A stretch of DNA of 64,000 bases from an uncultured Aliarcobacter sp. (GCA_963664305.2 CAXXLV010000002.1:1376001-1440000), one strand, 5' to 3'; shown: positions 1 to 10,475, numbered from the stretch's first letter. Numbers and translations are program-made. Notes: generated by a model not told the origin, from the letters alone.

Positions 1-711
1 AATATTAAAATTACTCAATACAAGATTATAAGGTTTAACTGGTTCTTTTGTTAAATCAAATTCATACTCTTTTACTTCAGCTAATGCATCATCTATTATA
101 GAGTTAATATCTTTCCAATCATTTTTTTCAAGATTTATCTCATTTTGAATTGTATCTTCTCTTAAAATATCATTTATTTTACTTAATTCACTAGAATCTA
201 AAACTCCACCTATATTTAATGAAGCAAGACTTACTATACTTTCATCATTATCTAATCCAAATTCATCATCTTCTTCTACAAAACTATTTTTATCTTCTAT
301 CATATCACTTACATAATCAACAACAGGAATTACAACTTCATCATCATCTTCATCATATGAAGTAAATGTTGTTACTTTTCTATTATGCTCATACTCCTCT
401 TCTTCTTTTATAAATTCTATTTGCTCAAGTAGCATTGCTTCAAGTTTTGTTGGTAAAAATGGTCTTGGAATAATAAAATCTCTAGATTTATCAAAAGGTA
501 ATTCTTCTGAGCTAATTGCACCTAATTTTTTTGAAAGTTGTTTAAACGAATTAAATTTATCATCAATAAAATTTTGATCGACAACAATTAAATCATATTT
601 TCCATTTACACTGTTTGTTTTTTGAATTATTAAATCTATATTTAATCTTTTACAAACTAAAGTAAAAATATGTTCAATAATTGCTGTTTCACAAATTAAT
701 AATAATTTCAC
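1..711 (-). CDS. Highly acidic protein with degenerate receiver-like N-terminus (partial, runs off left edge; not in ORF track)
   Basis: Manual translation from GTG at 711 (SD GGAG; overlaps the TGA of the upstream ABC gene): MKLLLICETAIIEHIFTLVCKRL...YDLIVVD...PRPFLP, then an Asp/Glu-rich tract. Open to position 1. Same position as the Campylobacter acidic protein downstream of tsf/ABC. Confidence 0.75.
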   Translation of the reverse strand, partial: MKLLLICETAIIEHIFTLVCKRLNIDLIIQKTNSVNGKYDLIVVDQNFIDDKFNSFKQLSKKLGAISSEELPFDKSRDFIIPRPFLPTKLEAMLLEQIEFIKEEEEYEHNRKVTTFTSYDEDDDEVVIPVVDYVSDMIEDKNSFVEEDDEFGLDNDESIVSLASLNIGGVLDSSELSKINDILREDTIQNEINLEKNDWKDINSIIDDALAEVKEYEFDLTKEPVKPYNLVLSNFNI

Positions 712-1391
712 TTTATCTCCTGTAATCTTAGCTCTTCTAACTTATATACCTTATCACATTTCATTGCAAGTTCATTTTCATGCGTAACTAAAATCAAACC
801 TGCATTATTGTTTTTAATATAATTAAATAGAGTATTCATTACCACATTTGCAGTATCTTTATCTAAATTTCCAGTAGGTTCATCTGCAAAGATTATTCTT
901 GGTTTTTTTGTCATTACTCTAGCAATGGATAATCTTTGTTGTTGTCCACCACTTAATTCTCCAACACCTTGATTTATAACGTGTTCGATATTTAACTCTT
1001 TTAATAAATCATGATCAATTTCTTCACCACTTAATAAAGTAGCTATTTCTAAATTTTCAATAGCAGAAAATCCACGAAATAGATAATGTGCTTGAAAAAT
1101 TATACCAAAATCATCTCTTCTAATTTTTAAAAGTTCATTTTGTTTGATTGAATACATATCTTTACTTTTAAAAACAACATTACCTTCTGATGGTTTTAAA
1201 AGTGAAGACAAGATATTAAGAAGCGTAGATTTTCCACTTCCACTTGTACCTATAATTGCAATTGATTCTTTTTTATAAAGTGATAGATTTATATCTTTGA
1301 AAAGTTCATAATCAAATTTATGAGATAAGTTGTTTGCTTGAAGTAAAAGGTCATCTGCAATGAGTGCATCCATATTATTAGTTTCACTCAT
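708..1391 (-). CDS. ABC transporter ATP-binding protein (LolD-like)
   Basis: Walker A GTSGSGKS, signature LSGGQQQR, Walker B IIFADEPTGNLD, H-loop VTH. Confidence 0.9.
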   Translation of the reverse strand: MSETNNMDALIADDLLLQANNLSHKFDYELFKDINLSLYKKESIAIIGTSGSGKSTLLNILSSLLKPSEGNVVFKSKDMYSIKQNELLKIRRDDFGIIFQAHYLFRGFSAIENLEIATLLSGEEIDHDLLKELNIEHVINQGVGELSGGQQQRLSIARVMTKKPRIIFADEPTGNLDKDTANVVMNTLFNYIKNNNAGLILVTHENELAMKCDKVYKLEELRLQEIK

Positions 1392-1439
1392 TACATACTT
1401 CCTTTTATTTTTTTACATTGTAGTTTTGTTAACTACGAA

Positions 1440-2486
1440 TTATTTACCCATTTGTTTTGCAACTTCTGCTGCAAAATCTTCTTCTTTTTTCTCAATACCT
1501 TCACCAAGTTCGAATCTTACGTACTCAGTAATTTTAATTGATGCATCAACTTCAGCAATTGCTTGCTCAACAGTTTTTTTGTCATCCATTACATAAGCTT
1601 GAGATAATAAAGCAAATCTTCCATCTAATTGAGTATTATCAGTGATATATCTTTCAATTTGTCCAGGAATGATATTTGCCCAAATTTTTTCTGGTTTACC
1701 AGCTGCTTTTAATTCTTCTTCGAATCTTGCTTTTGCAGCAGCAATAGCTTCTTCAGTTAATTGAGATTTAGAAACAAACTCAGGAATTTTCTTTAATGGT
1801 TTTCCTAATCTTTTTAACTCATCATTTTCAGCAATAATTTCAGCAACGATTGCTTTATTTTCAGATTCAACAAATGCTGGATCTAAATCTTTGTATGAAA
1901 TAACTGTTGGTTTCATAGCAGATGCATGCATTGCAATGTTTCTTAATAAAGCAGCTGCTTTATCTTTTACAGCTTCATCACAAGTAGCAGCTAAAACAAC
2001 TCCAACTCTTCCTGTAGCATGAACATAAGCATTAACAACTTGAGCAGAAACATTTGCAAGTTTTCTAGCAACTAAGTTTTCACCGATAGTTGCAATTTTT
2101 TCATTTAAGAAAGTTGGGAAATCTTGTCCATTGATTGAAGATGCAGCTAAAGCTTCAGCATTTTCAATTCCATTATTTAACGCATGAGAAGTAATCTCTT
2201 TTGTTAAATTAACAAAATTTTCATTTTTTGCAACGAAATCTGTTTGAGAGTTTAATTCTAACATAACAGCTTTTGTATTATCAGCATTAACTAAAACAGA
2301 AATTAAACCTTCAGCAGCAACGTTTCCAGCTTTTTTAGCAGCTTTTCCTAAACCAGCTTCTCTTAAAGCTTGAACAGCTTTTTCTAAGTCACCACCAGTT
2401 TCGTTTAGTGCATTTTTACAATCAAGCATTCCTGCACCAGTCATCTCTCTTAATTCTTTAATTAATTGTGGAGTTGCTCCTGCCAT
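1440..2486 (-). CDS. tsf: Translation elongation factor Ts
   Basis: LREMTGAGMLDCKNAL, ELNSQTDFVAKN, C-terminal RFELGEGIEKKEEDFAAEV; directly follows rpsB. Confidence 0.98.
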   Translation of the reverse strand: MAGATPQLIKELREMTGAGMLDCKNALNETGGDLEKAVQALREAGLGKAAKKAGNVAAEGLISVLVNADNTKAVMLELNSQTDFVAKNENFVNLTKEITSHALNNGIENAEALAASSINGQDFPTFLNEKIATIGENLVARKLANVSAQVVNAYVHATGRVGVVLAATCDEAVKDKAAALLRNIAMHASAMKPTVISYKDLDPAFVESENKAIVAEIIAENDELKRLGKPLKKIPEFVSKSQLTEEAIAAAKARFEEELKAAGKPEKIWANIIPGQIERYITDNTQLDGRFALLSQAYVMDDKKTVEQAIAEVDASIKITEYVRFELGEGIEKKEEDFAAEVAKQMGK

Positions 2487-3283
2487 TACGCTTCCTCACC
2501 TTCTGCAAATTTGAATTCACTTTCACCTTCTGCAACTGCTTCAGCGATTAATTCTTCAGTTTCTTCAACAGAAATTGGCTCTAAATCAGCACCAGTTTCA
2601 TCAGCTAATGCAGCTTTACCTTCATTCATAGCTGCAGCCATTTCGTTGCAGAATAAGTGAATTGATCTGATAGCATCATCATTTCCTGGAATTGGTAAAT
2701 CTACAACATCAGGGTCACAGTTTGTATCTAAAGGAGCAACAACAGTGATTCCTAATCTTCTAGCTTCTTGAATAGCAATTTTTTCTTTAACAGCATCAAG
2801 AACAAACATCATGTCTGGAAGTTTGTGCATTTCTTTGATACCACCAAGGTATAATTCTAATTTTTCTTCTTTTCTAGTAAGCATTAAAGCTTCTTTTTTA
2901 GTTAAAAGATCTAATTGACCTTCTTCTCTCATTTTTTTAATAATTTCTAATTTTCTAATTGATTTTTTAATTGTTCCGAAGTTAGTTAACATTCCACCTA
3001 ACCATCTGTGGTTAACATATGGCATACCACAAGAAATTGCAGCTTTTTTGATAGTTTCGCTAGCTTGTTTTTTAGTTCCTACGAAAATCATAGTTTCACC
3101 TTGAGCAGCTCTGTCTCTAACAACGTTATATGTATATCTGAAGTATCTTAACGTTTTTTGTAAATCTATAATATAGATATTTTTTCTAACACCGAAAATG
3201 AATTTTTTCATTTTTGGATTCCATCTTCTTGTTTGGTGTCCGAAGTGTACACCACACTCTAATAGGTCTTTCATTGTAACCAT
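2486..3283 (-). CDS. rpsB: 30S ribosomal protein S2
   Basis: [43 protein letters not shown]. Confidence 0.99.
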   Translation of the reverse strand: MVTMKDLLECGVHFGHQTRRWNPKMKKFIFGVRKNIYIIDLQKTLRYFRYTYNVVRDRAAQGETMIFVGTKKQASETIKKAAISCGMPYVNHRWLGGMLTNFGTIKKSIRKLEIIKKMREEGQLDLLTKKEALMLTRKEEKLELYLGGIKEMHKLPDMMFVLDAVKEKIAIQEARRLGITVVAPLDTNCDPDVVDLPIPGNDDAIRSIHLFCNEMAAAMNEGKAALADETGADLEPISVEETEELIAEAVAEGESEFKFAEGEEA

Positions 3284-3320
3284 GAGTAATTCTCCTTGAA
3301 TTAATTGTATTTTTTGTAAT

Positions 3321-3400
3321 AGGGTTTAGCCTCTGTGTCCCTTAATGTCAAGATTTCTCTTGTCACAACCCGTACAAGGATTGACACATGTGAGGTTCTA
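3321..3400 (-). promoter_or_regulatory. rpsB 5' leader, S2 autoregulatory (t44-like) RNA element
   Basis: Minus strand reads CACATGTGTC...CGGGTTGTG...GGGACACAGAGGCTAAACCCT. TGTGTC pairs with GACACA, GGGT complements ACCC, and the 3' end resembles the E. coli rpsB leader (GGGATACGTGGAGGCATAACCCC, recalled from memory). GC-rich within an AT-rich intergenic region. Confidence 0.7.
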
Positions 3401-3519
3401 ATTTAAAATTAGAACGGTGATTTTATCCAAATTAAATTTAATTTAACTTTAATCTTAATTTAACAATATTTTTAATTTGTTATTGGATAAAATTCTTTCA
3501 CGAATTAAAAGGATAAATT

Positions 3520-4473
3520 TTGAATTTAGAAGAAAAATTAGTCGAATTAAAACAAGAAATAGCAAAAGGTGTTGTTGGTCAAGAAGAGATGGTAAACTCT
3601 ATTTTGATTGGACTTTTGACAAATGGACATATTTTATTAGAAGGCGTTCCAGGACTTGCAAAAACTACAACAGTAAAAGCAGTTGCACAAGCAATAAATC
3701 TTAATTTTAAACGAATACAATTTACTCCTGATTTATTACCTAGTGATATTATTGGTGCACAAATTTTTGATATGAAAACAAATGAATTCAAAATAAAAAA
3801 AGGACCAATATTTACAAATCTACTTTTAGCAGATGAGATAAATAGAGCTCCAGCAAAAGTTCAATCTGCACTTCTTGAAGTTATGCAAGAAAGACAAGTA
3901 ACAATTGCTGATGATACATTTAAAATAGAAAATCCTTTTTTAGTAATGGCAACTCAAAATCCAATAGAACAAGAGGGAGCTTATAGTCTGCCTGAAGCTC
4001 AACTTGATAGATTTATGTTTAAAATTGTTGTTTCATATAATACAAAAGAACAAGAGTATGAAATAGCAAAAAAAGCTACTATGAACTCTTTTGAAGAAAT
4101 AAACAAAGTTTTAAATAAAGAAGACTTAGAAGAGTTAAAACAAGCAGTTAAAAATATTCATATTGATAAAGAGTTGGAAGAATATATTGTAAATATTATT
4201 GATGCAAGTAGAAATCCAAAAGATTATGCCTTAGAAGAGTTAATAGATATTATTCATTTTGGAGCAAGTCCAAGGGCAACTATTGATATGTTTAAAGCTG
4301 TGAAAGCTAGTGCATTTTTAAGAGGAAATGATTTTGTTTCTCCAATAGATATTGCACTTGTTGCAAAAAATGTTTTAAGACATAGAATAATTCTTACTTA
4401 TGAAGCAATGGCTAAAGAGATAAATGTAGATGATGTTATTCAAAAAATTTTAGAGAAAATTGTTATTCCATAA
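3520..4473 (+). CDS. moxR: MoxR family AAA+ ATPase
   Basis: LLEGVPGLAKT, RIQFTPDLLPSD, LADEINRAPAKVQSALLE, ATQNPIEQEG, LPEAQLDRF. Confidence 0.95.
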   Translation: MNLEEKLVELKQEIAKGVVGQEEMVNSILIGLLTNGHILLEGVPGLAKTTTVKAVAQAINLNFKRIQFTPDLLPSDIIGAQIFDMKTNEFKIKKGPIFTNLLLADEINRAPAKVQSALLEVMQERQVTIADDTFKIENPFLVMATQNPIEQEGAYSLPEAQLDRFMFKIVVSYNTKEQEYEIAKKATMNSFEEINKVLNKEDLEELKQAVKNIHIDKELEEYIVNIIDASRNPKDYALEELIDIIHFGASPRATIDMFKAVKASAFLRGNDFVSPIDIALVAKNVLRHRIILTYEAMAKEINVDDVIQKILEKIVIP

Positions 4474-4476
4474 AAT

Positions 4477-5310
4477 ATGAATCAAGCTTTAAAAAAAATA
4501 CTCATAAAAACACAAAAACAAGTATTCTCAGAAATTATAGGAAACCATAGTACAAAACTAAAAGGTGAAGGTTATGATTTTTGTGAATTAAAAGAGTATG
4601 AGTATGGAGAAGATGTAAAAAACATTGATTGGGTTATAAGTGCAAAAATGCAAAAACCTTATGTGAAAGTTTTTTATGCCCAAAAAGAGTTAAATGTAAA
4701 TATTGTTTGTTTATTAAATGGTTCAACATATTTCGGAACAGATGTTTTTAAACAAGAGATTATTATACAACTTGCTTCTTCTTTAGGATTTATTTGTATA
4801 AAACAAGGAAATCCTTTCTCATCTTTTATTGCAAATGAAAATCTTGAAGTTTGTACAAAAAAATCAAAACAGATTTTTAATGTAAATTTTATGGCGGAAC
4901 AACTATATAACTACAATGTTCTTGGTAAAAATATAGATTATGAAAAAATCACAAAAGAACTCTTTAAAGCTATTCATCAAAAATCACTTATTTTTTTAAT
5001 TGGTGATTTTTTTGATATTGAAAATTTAGATTTAAAGCTACTTTGTCAAAAACATGAAATTGTTGTTTTAATAGTTAGGGATAAATTTGAAGAAAATCCA
5101 ATCGAACTTGGAAATGTAAGTTTTATTGACCCAAACAATAATAAAATGTTTGAATCAATTTTAAATAAATCTACTATTTTAGAGTATGAAAAAAGAGTTT
5201 TAGAAAATGACCATAAACTTTTCAATCATTTGCAAAATTGTAGTATCAGATTTACGAAAATCTATACTAATGAAGACCCAATAAAAAAACTGATTGGAGT
5301 TTTAAAATGA
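4477..5310 (+). CDS. DUF58 domain protein
   Basis: GEGYDFCELKEYEYGEDVKNIDW motif; follows moxR. Confidence 0.9.
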   Translation: MNQALKKILIKTQKQVFSEIIGNHSTKLKGEGYDFCELKEYEYGEDVKNIDWVISAKMQKPYVKVFYAQKELNVNIVCLLNGSTYFGTDVFKQEIIIQLASSLGFICIKQGNPFSSFIANENLEVCTKKSKQIFNVNFMAEQLYNYNVLGKNIDYEKITKELFKAIHQKSLIFLIGDFFDIENLDLKLLCQKHEIVVLIVRDKFEENPIELGNVSFIDPNNNKMFESILNKSTILEYEKRVLENDHKLFNHLQNCSIRFTKIYTNEDPIKKLIGVLK

Positions 5311-5702
5311 ATGAAGATGTTTTATCAAAACTCCATGATATAAAAGAGTTAGAAAAAATACCTGACAACTCTATTTTTATCTTTACTTTATTAGTTTTTT
5401 TAGGAATTTTAGTTTTATTAAGTATTGTTTTTTTAATCATTAAATTTATTAAAAATAGAAAAAAAAGCCCTCGAAAAAAATATTTTGAAATCTTAAAAAA
5501 TGTAGATTTTAAAGATTCAAAAAATTGTGCTTATACTATTACAAAATATGCAAGATTGATTGTAACAAACGAAAGAGAAAAAAAATTAGCAAATGAATTA
5601 GTAGAGGAATTAGAAAAATTCAAATATAAAAAAAATGTTGAAAATATAAATGATGAAATCAAAGTAAAATTTTCTGTTTTTTTGGATTCACTAGATGTTT
5701 AA
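5307..5702 (+). CDS. Small single-TM protein of MoxR/Bat operon (DUF4381-like)
   Basis: LHDI motif, then a hydrophobic helix and basic stop-transfer; sits between DUF58 and vWA genes. Confidence 0.7.
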   Translation: MNEDVLSKLHDIKELEKIPDNSIFIFTLLVFLGILVLLSIVFLIIKFIKNRKKSPRKKYFEILKNVDFKDSKNCAYTITKYARLIVTNEREKKLANELVEELEKFKYKKNVENINDEIKVKFSVFLDSLDV

Positions 5703-6597
5703 TACTTTTACTTTTGAATATCCATATTTTTTATTATTAATTTTTCTATTTATATTTTGTTCTATTTTTTGTAAAGCAAAATCACCTTCATATTTAATTC
5801 CACACTTAAATATATTTCAAAGAGTAAATCAAAAATCAACTCTAATTACTAATATTTTAAAATATTTTGTGATTATTTTTTCAATTATTGCATTTGCTAG
5901 TCCTGTTAAAATAAATGATACTCTAATTTTAAAAAATGATGGAATCAATATCATTTTAGATTTAGATGCAAGTTATTCAATGTACGAACAAGATTTAGAT
6001 GACAATCATCAAAAAAATAGATTTGATGTGGTTAAAGAGATAATAAAAGATTTTATGACAAAAAGAGTTGCAGATAATTTAGGAGTTGTTTTATTTGGAG
6101 ATTCTGTTCTAATCTCAAGTCCATTGAGTTTTGATAAAGAAGCACAAAAAGAGATGATTGATTATTTAGATGTTGGTATGGCAGGGAAAAATACTGCATT
6201 GATTGATTCAATAGCTTCTAGTATAAATATATTAAAAGATAAAAAAGCAAAATCAAATATAATCATATTACTTAGTGATGGAGAAGATAACTCTAGTTCT
6301 ATTCCTTTGGAAGTTGTCATAAAATTACTAAAAAAATACAATATAAAAATTTATACTATTGGAATCGGTAATTTTAATAATAGTGTTCTAAATATCTTGG
6401 CTAAAGAATCAAATGCAAAAGCTTACACAGCTTATTCAAAAGAAGATTTAACTTTTATTTATGAAGATATTAATAAATTAGAGAAGTCTGAAATTGATCA
6501 GAATAAAATTATTTTAAAAGATTATCTATTCTTTTATCCCTTATTTATTGCTGTTTTATGTTTGATTATTCTTATTTACTTAAGAAATAAAGAATAA
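5695..6597 (+). CDS. von Willebrand factor A domain membrane protein (BatA-like)
   Basis: N-terminal FEYPYFL plus TM helices, MIDAS DASYS, LLSDGEDN, IKIYTIGIG, C-terminal TM. Confidence 0.9.
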   Translation: MFNTFTFEYPYFLLLIFLFIFCSIFCKAKSPSYLIPHLNIFQRVNQKSTLITNILKYFVIIFSIIAFASPVKINDTLILKNDGINIILDLDASYSMYEQDLDDNHQKNRFDVVKEIIKDFMTKRVADNLGVVLFGDSVLISSPLSFDKEAQKEMIDYLDVGMAGKNTALIDSIASSINILKDKKAKSNIIILLSDGEDNSSSIPLEVVIKLLKKYNIKIYTIGIGNFNNSVLNILAKESNAKAYTAYSKEDLTFIYEDINKLEKSEIDQNKIILKDYLFFYPLFIAVLCLIILIYLRNKE

Positions 6598-6641
6598 ATA
6601 AAAAATTGGTTATCATTGGGCTAATATGAAAAGGATTTATA

Positions 6642-7988
6642 ATGTTTAAAAATCTTTCTTCTTCATTGAAGATTACTTTAACATACTTTATATTTAGTCT
6701 TTTATGGATATATTATTCTGATCAAACAATAAATATGTTTGTTAAAGATGTAGAAAAATTACAATTTTTACAGACTATAAAAGGTTGGTTATTTATTAGT
6801 TTATCTTCTATCTTATTATATCTATTAATAAGTAAATACTCTAAAGACTTACAAAATAAAAAAAATCATTTAAAAAAAGTAAATAATATATTAGAAGAAA
6901 TTATTGAAAATGCTCCGATTATTATCTTTTGGAAAAATAGAAATGGTGTTTACCTTGGCTGTAATTCTAGTTTTTTAAATTTGATGGAATTAAAAAATAA
7001 AAATGAACTAATTGGTAAAAAAGATTCAGATTTCCAAATCAATGAAAAAGAAAATTTTATGGAAGATGATAATTTAGTTATGTCTTCAAAACAAGCAAAA
7101 CTTAATTATATCGAAACAATTACAACTAAAAACAATGGATTAAGAATTGTTAATACCTCAAAAGTTCCATTATACGATGAGAATCAAAATGTGATTGGTA
7201 TTTTAGGTGTAACTCAAGATATAACTGAAAATATAAAAAATCAAAATCAAATCAAATCTCAAGAAGAGTTGTTAATTCAACAATCAAAGCTTGCTTCAAT
7301 GGGAGAAATGATTGCATTTATTGCTCATCAGTGGAGACAACCATTATCTGTGATTTCTACTTTATCAACAGGTTTAAAACTACAAAAAGAGTTAAACATA
7401 TCAAATGAGGAAAATGAGAAAGAAATTTTAGATAACATCAATAACAATGCACAATATCTTTCAAAAACTATCGATGATTTTAAAAACTTTTTCAAAAAAA
7501 GTGAAGAAAAAATAGAAATAAACTCTTCTGAATTATTTCAAAAAACTTTAAATCTTGTTTATTCTAGGTTAAAAACAAGAGATATTGAAATAATCATTCA
7601 AGATAATGAAATAGATTTTGAAACATATGAAAATGAAATTATTCAAGTTTTAATAAACATAATAAATAATTCAATAGATGCATTTGAAAATATAAAAACA
7701 AAAAAATTCATTTTTATTGATATTAATAAAAAAGAAAATGAAATCATTTTACAAATAAAAGATAATGCGGGTGGAATAAAAGAAGAGATTATAAATAAAA
7801 TTTTTGATCCATATTTTACTACAAAAGACAAAGAACACGGAACTGGACTTGGATTATATATGTCACAAGAGATTATTACAAAACATTTAAATGGTAAAAT
7901 AGAAGTATCAAATACTAATTTTACTTACTTAGACCAAAATTATTTGGGAACATTATTTATTATAACTTTACCTTTAACTAACAATTAA
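6642..7988 (+). CDS. PAS-domain sensor histidine kinase (orphan)
   Basis: Two N-terminal TM helices, PAS (IFWK...YLGCN...SKVPL...GVTQDITE), H-box IAHQWRQPL, N-box NIINNSID, G-boxes DNAGG and GTGLGL. Confidence 0.92.
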   Translation: MFKNLSSSLKITLTYFIFSLLWIYYSDQTINMFVKDVEKLQFLQTIKGWLFISLSSILLYLLISKYSKDLQNKKNHLKKVNNILEEIIENAPIIIFWKNRNGVYLGCNSSFLNLMELKNKNELIGKKDSDFQINEKENFMEDDNLVMSSKQAKLNYIETITTKNNGLRIVNTSKVPLYDENQNVIGILGVTQDITENIKNQNQIKSQEELLIQQSKLASMGEMIAFIAHQWRQPLSVISTLSTGLKLQKELNISNEENEKEILDNINNNAQYLSKTIDDFKNFFKKSEEKIEINSSELFQKTLNLVYSRLKTRDIEIIIQDNEIDFETYENEIIQVLINIINNSIDAFENIKTKKFIFIDINKKENEIILQIKDNAGGIKEEIINKIFDPYFTTKDKEHGTGLGLYMSQEIITKHLNGKIEVSNTNFTYLDQNYLGTLFIITLPLTNN

Positions 7989-8037
7989 TTTTATGGAATG
8001 ATTATTGCATATAAAATTCTTAAAAAAAGGATTTCAT

Positions 8038-8598
8038 ATGACACCAAATGAATATATAAAAGAACACAAACTTGAATGGCAACCATCTTTTAATGGTTCT
8101 ATTTCTTCAACTTTAAATGCTTATAGAGGAGCATTAATTATCGAAGAAGGTAAAAAACTTTCTGAAACAAAAATCATGCCTCCAAAAGCTCAAGCAAAAC
8201 AAGTAATTATGATAAGTGAAAATGATAAAGTTAAATTCTTTGCTTGTGAGTTAGAAACATTTAACTATTTTGAAGCATTCTTTGAAAAATATAAAAGTTT
8301 CTTTGATAAAGATTCAATTATTGTTCTTTATGTGATTGACTTAGATGGAAATGGTATTTTTGAATACGAAGGTATTAAATTTAACGCTATTATGTTATAT
8401 GAAAACTCAGTATGGAATGAAGTTTTAGATTTTGTATCACTTGAAAAAGGTGACTTAAAAAAATTATCAAACGAAGATAAATTAGTTGCAATTTATGATG
8501 AGTTACCAAATGTAGAAAAAGAAGAAGCTAATAAAACTTATGATAAGATGTTAGCTTTAATAGGAAATACTAAAAAAGCTCTTATGGGAGCAGTTTGA
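8038..8598 (+). CDS. Hypothetical protein
   Basis: ATG at 8038 with SD AAAGGA; open frame with host-like codon use; no recognised motif. Confidence 0.75.
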   Translation: MTPNEYIKEHKLEWQPSFNGSISSTLNAYRGALIIEEGKKLSETKIMPPKAQAKQVIMISENDKVKFFACELETFNYFEAFFEKYKSFFDKDSIIVLYVIDLDGNGIFEYEGIKFNAIMLYENSVWNEVLDFVSLEKGDLKKLSNEDKLVAIYDELPNVEKEEANKTYDKMLALIGNTKKALMGAV

Positions 8599-8612
8599 TT
8601 AAATAAAGAGTT

Positions 8613-9899
8613 TTACTCTTTATTTAAAATCTTTAAAACTTCCTCTTTATCAGAAAATGGAAATTTTTTATCATAGATGATTTGTGTTGATTCATCACCT
8701 TTTCCAAGAAGTAAAACAACACTATTCTCATCAGCCATTTCAATTGCTTTTTTAATTGCTTCTTTTCTATTTATTTCAACTTGAACACTTGGATGATTTT
8801 TTATTCCAGCTAATATATCTTCAATAATCATATCAGGGTCTTCAAATCTTGGATTATCACTTGTTACAATAATATGTTTTGAATATTTTGCTGCAATAGT
8901 TCCCATCAATGGACGTTTAAGTTTATCTCTATCTCCACCTGCTCCAAATACACAAATAATATCTTTATCATTAAAGCTTTTTAGAACTTCATCCATTCCA
9001 TCAGGAGTATGAGCAAAATCAACTATAACTAAAGGATTAACACTTATAGTTTCCATTCTTCCACTAACTCCTCCAAAACCTTCAAGAGCTTCACAAATCT
9101 CTTCTAAAGGTTTTTTTGTAGTTATATGAACAGCAGCAACTGCTGCCATTAGATTGTAAACATTAAAAATTCCCATCATATAAGATGAAAAAGAATAATG
9201 TTTTCCAAAATGATTAAACATTACATGCATACCATTTTTAAAAGAATATGCATCAACTTTATATGTTGATGGATTTTCTAAAGAGTATGCAAATCCATTT
9301 TTTATGTTGTATCTTACTTTATCATCATCTTTATTGATTAGTTTTGGTGATTCATCTTCAAAAAATGAATTTTTAACTCGTATATACTCTTCAATTGTTT
9401 TATGATAATCCAAATGATCTCTTGTAATATTTGTATGAATTTTTAAAGCAAACTCTAAACCTTCAATTCTTTTTTGTTCAATTGCATGAGAGCTTACTTC
9501 CATAACAAAAAAATTACAACCATTTTGAATAGCTTTTTGAATATGTGCAAAATTTCCAAGTTGAACAGGAGTTGTTAAAGAGTACTCTTCAACTCTTTCA
9601 TCATTTATGAAAAATCCTCGTGTACCTTGAAGTGCAACTTTATAACCTAAATCTAAAAGAATTGAATAAATTGCAGCTGCCGTTGTTGTTTTACCATTTG
9701 TTCCTGTAATTCCAATAACTTTAATACTTGACATATCTAAGTGATTTTTTAATTCACTTGCAGTTATTATTTCACGGCAACCATTATCGATTGCACTTTG
9801 TTTAAATTTTTCATTTTGTTTTGAAACAACAAAAACAGAATTTTCATCTACTTCATTTGAATTATCAGTATAAACTTTATTATTTATGATTAGCTGCAA
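8613..9899 (-). CDS. murE: UDP-N-acetylmuramoyl-L-alanyl-D-glutamate--2,6-diaminopimelate ligase
   Basis: GITGTNGKTT, MEVSSH, TNITRDHLDYH, DFAHTPDG, DAP-specific DNPR. Confidence 0.97.
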   Translation of the reverse strand: MQLIINNKVYTDNSNEVDENSVFVVSKQNEKFKQSAIDNGCREIITASELKNHLDMSSIKVIGITGTNGKTTTAAAIYSILLDLGYKVALQGTRGFFINDERVEEYSLTTPVQLGNFAHIQKAIQNGCNFFVMEVSSHAIEQKRIEGLEFALKIHTNITRDHLDYHKTIEEYIRVKNSFFEDESPKLINKDDDKVRYNIKNGFAYSLENPSTYKVDAYSFKNGMHVMFNHFGKHYSFSSYMMGIFNVYNLMAAVAAVHITTKKPLEEICEALEGFGGVSGRMETISVNPLVIVDFAHTPDGMDEVLKSFNDKDIICVFGAGGDRDKLKRPLMGTIAAKYSKHIIVTSDNPRFEDPDMIIEDILAGIKNHPSVQVEINRKEAIKKAIEMADENSVVLLLGKGDESTQIIYDKKFPFSDKEEVLKILNKE

Positions 9900-10473
9900 G
9901 GTTTTTCTCTTCTAACTTTTTATATAATTTTTCTATCTCTTTATCATATGAAAAATATTCATTAAATCCATCAAGATAAGAATAAGCTGTCGTATTAAAA
10001 TCATTGTCAATCAACTTTGTAACAAAATCAAAAAAATCATCTTTATTTTCAATTGCAACTTTCGTTGAGAACATTATATCTTCAAAAGCAATTCTAAAAG
10101 AACCTCTTGATTCTATCAATTTTTTAAAATCTTCATATCTAATTGCATCTAATGATTCAACTGTTGATGTACTTAAATCTTTTAAAATTTCCATCATTTT
10201 ATCAATATCACCATCATATGCATTTATTACATCTTCAACATATTTTATAGCTTCATCTAAATTTTCATCTTTGATTACACTAAAATAGTCAAATAATGAC
10301 ATTGCTTTTTGAACATCTTCAGTCGCAATATCACAAAAAAGTGCGTACACTTTATATTCTTTGTTTTGTGGAAAGTTTGATGATAGTTGTGAATATAAAA
10401 ATAAAGCTTCATCAAACTTTTTTTGAACAAAAAGTGAGTTTGCCTCATTTAATAACCTATTCTCGTTTATCAT
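9880..10473 (-). CDS. Conserved hypothetical protein (TPR-like N-terminus)
   Basis: ANSLFVQKKFDEALFLY helical-repeat-like start; lies between nifU-like gene and murE as in Campylobacterales. Confidence 0.75.
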   Translation of the reverse strand: MINENRLLNEANSLFVQKKFDEALFLYSQLSSNFPQNKEYKVYALFCDIATEDVQKAMSLFDYFSVIKDENLDEAIKYVEDVINAYDGDIDKMMEILKDLSTSTVESLDAIRYEDFKKLIESRGSFRIAFEDIMFSTKVAIENKDDFFDFVTKLIDNDFNTTAYSYLDGFNEYFSYDKEIEKLYKKLEEKNLAANHK

Positions 10474-10475
10474 TA

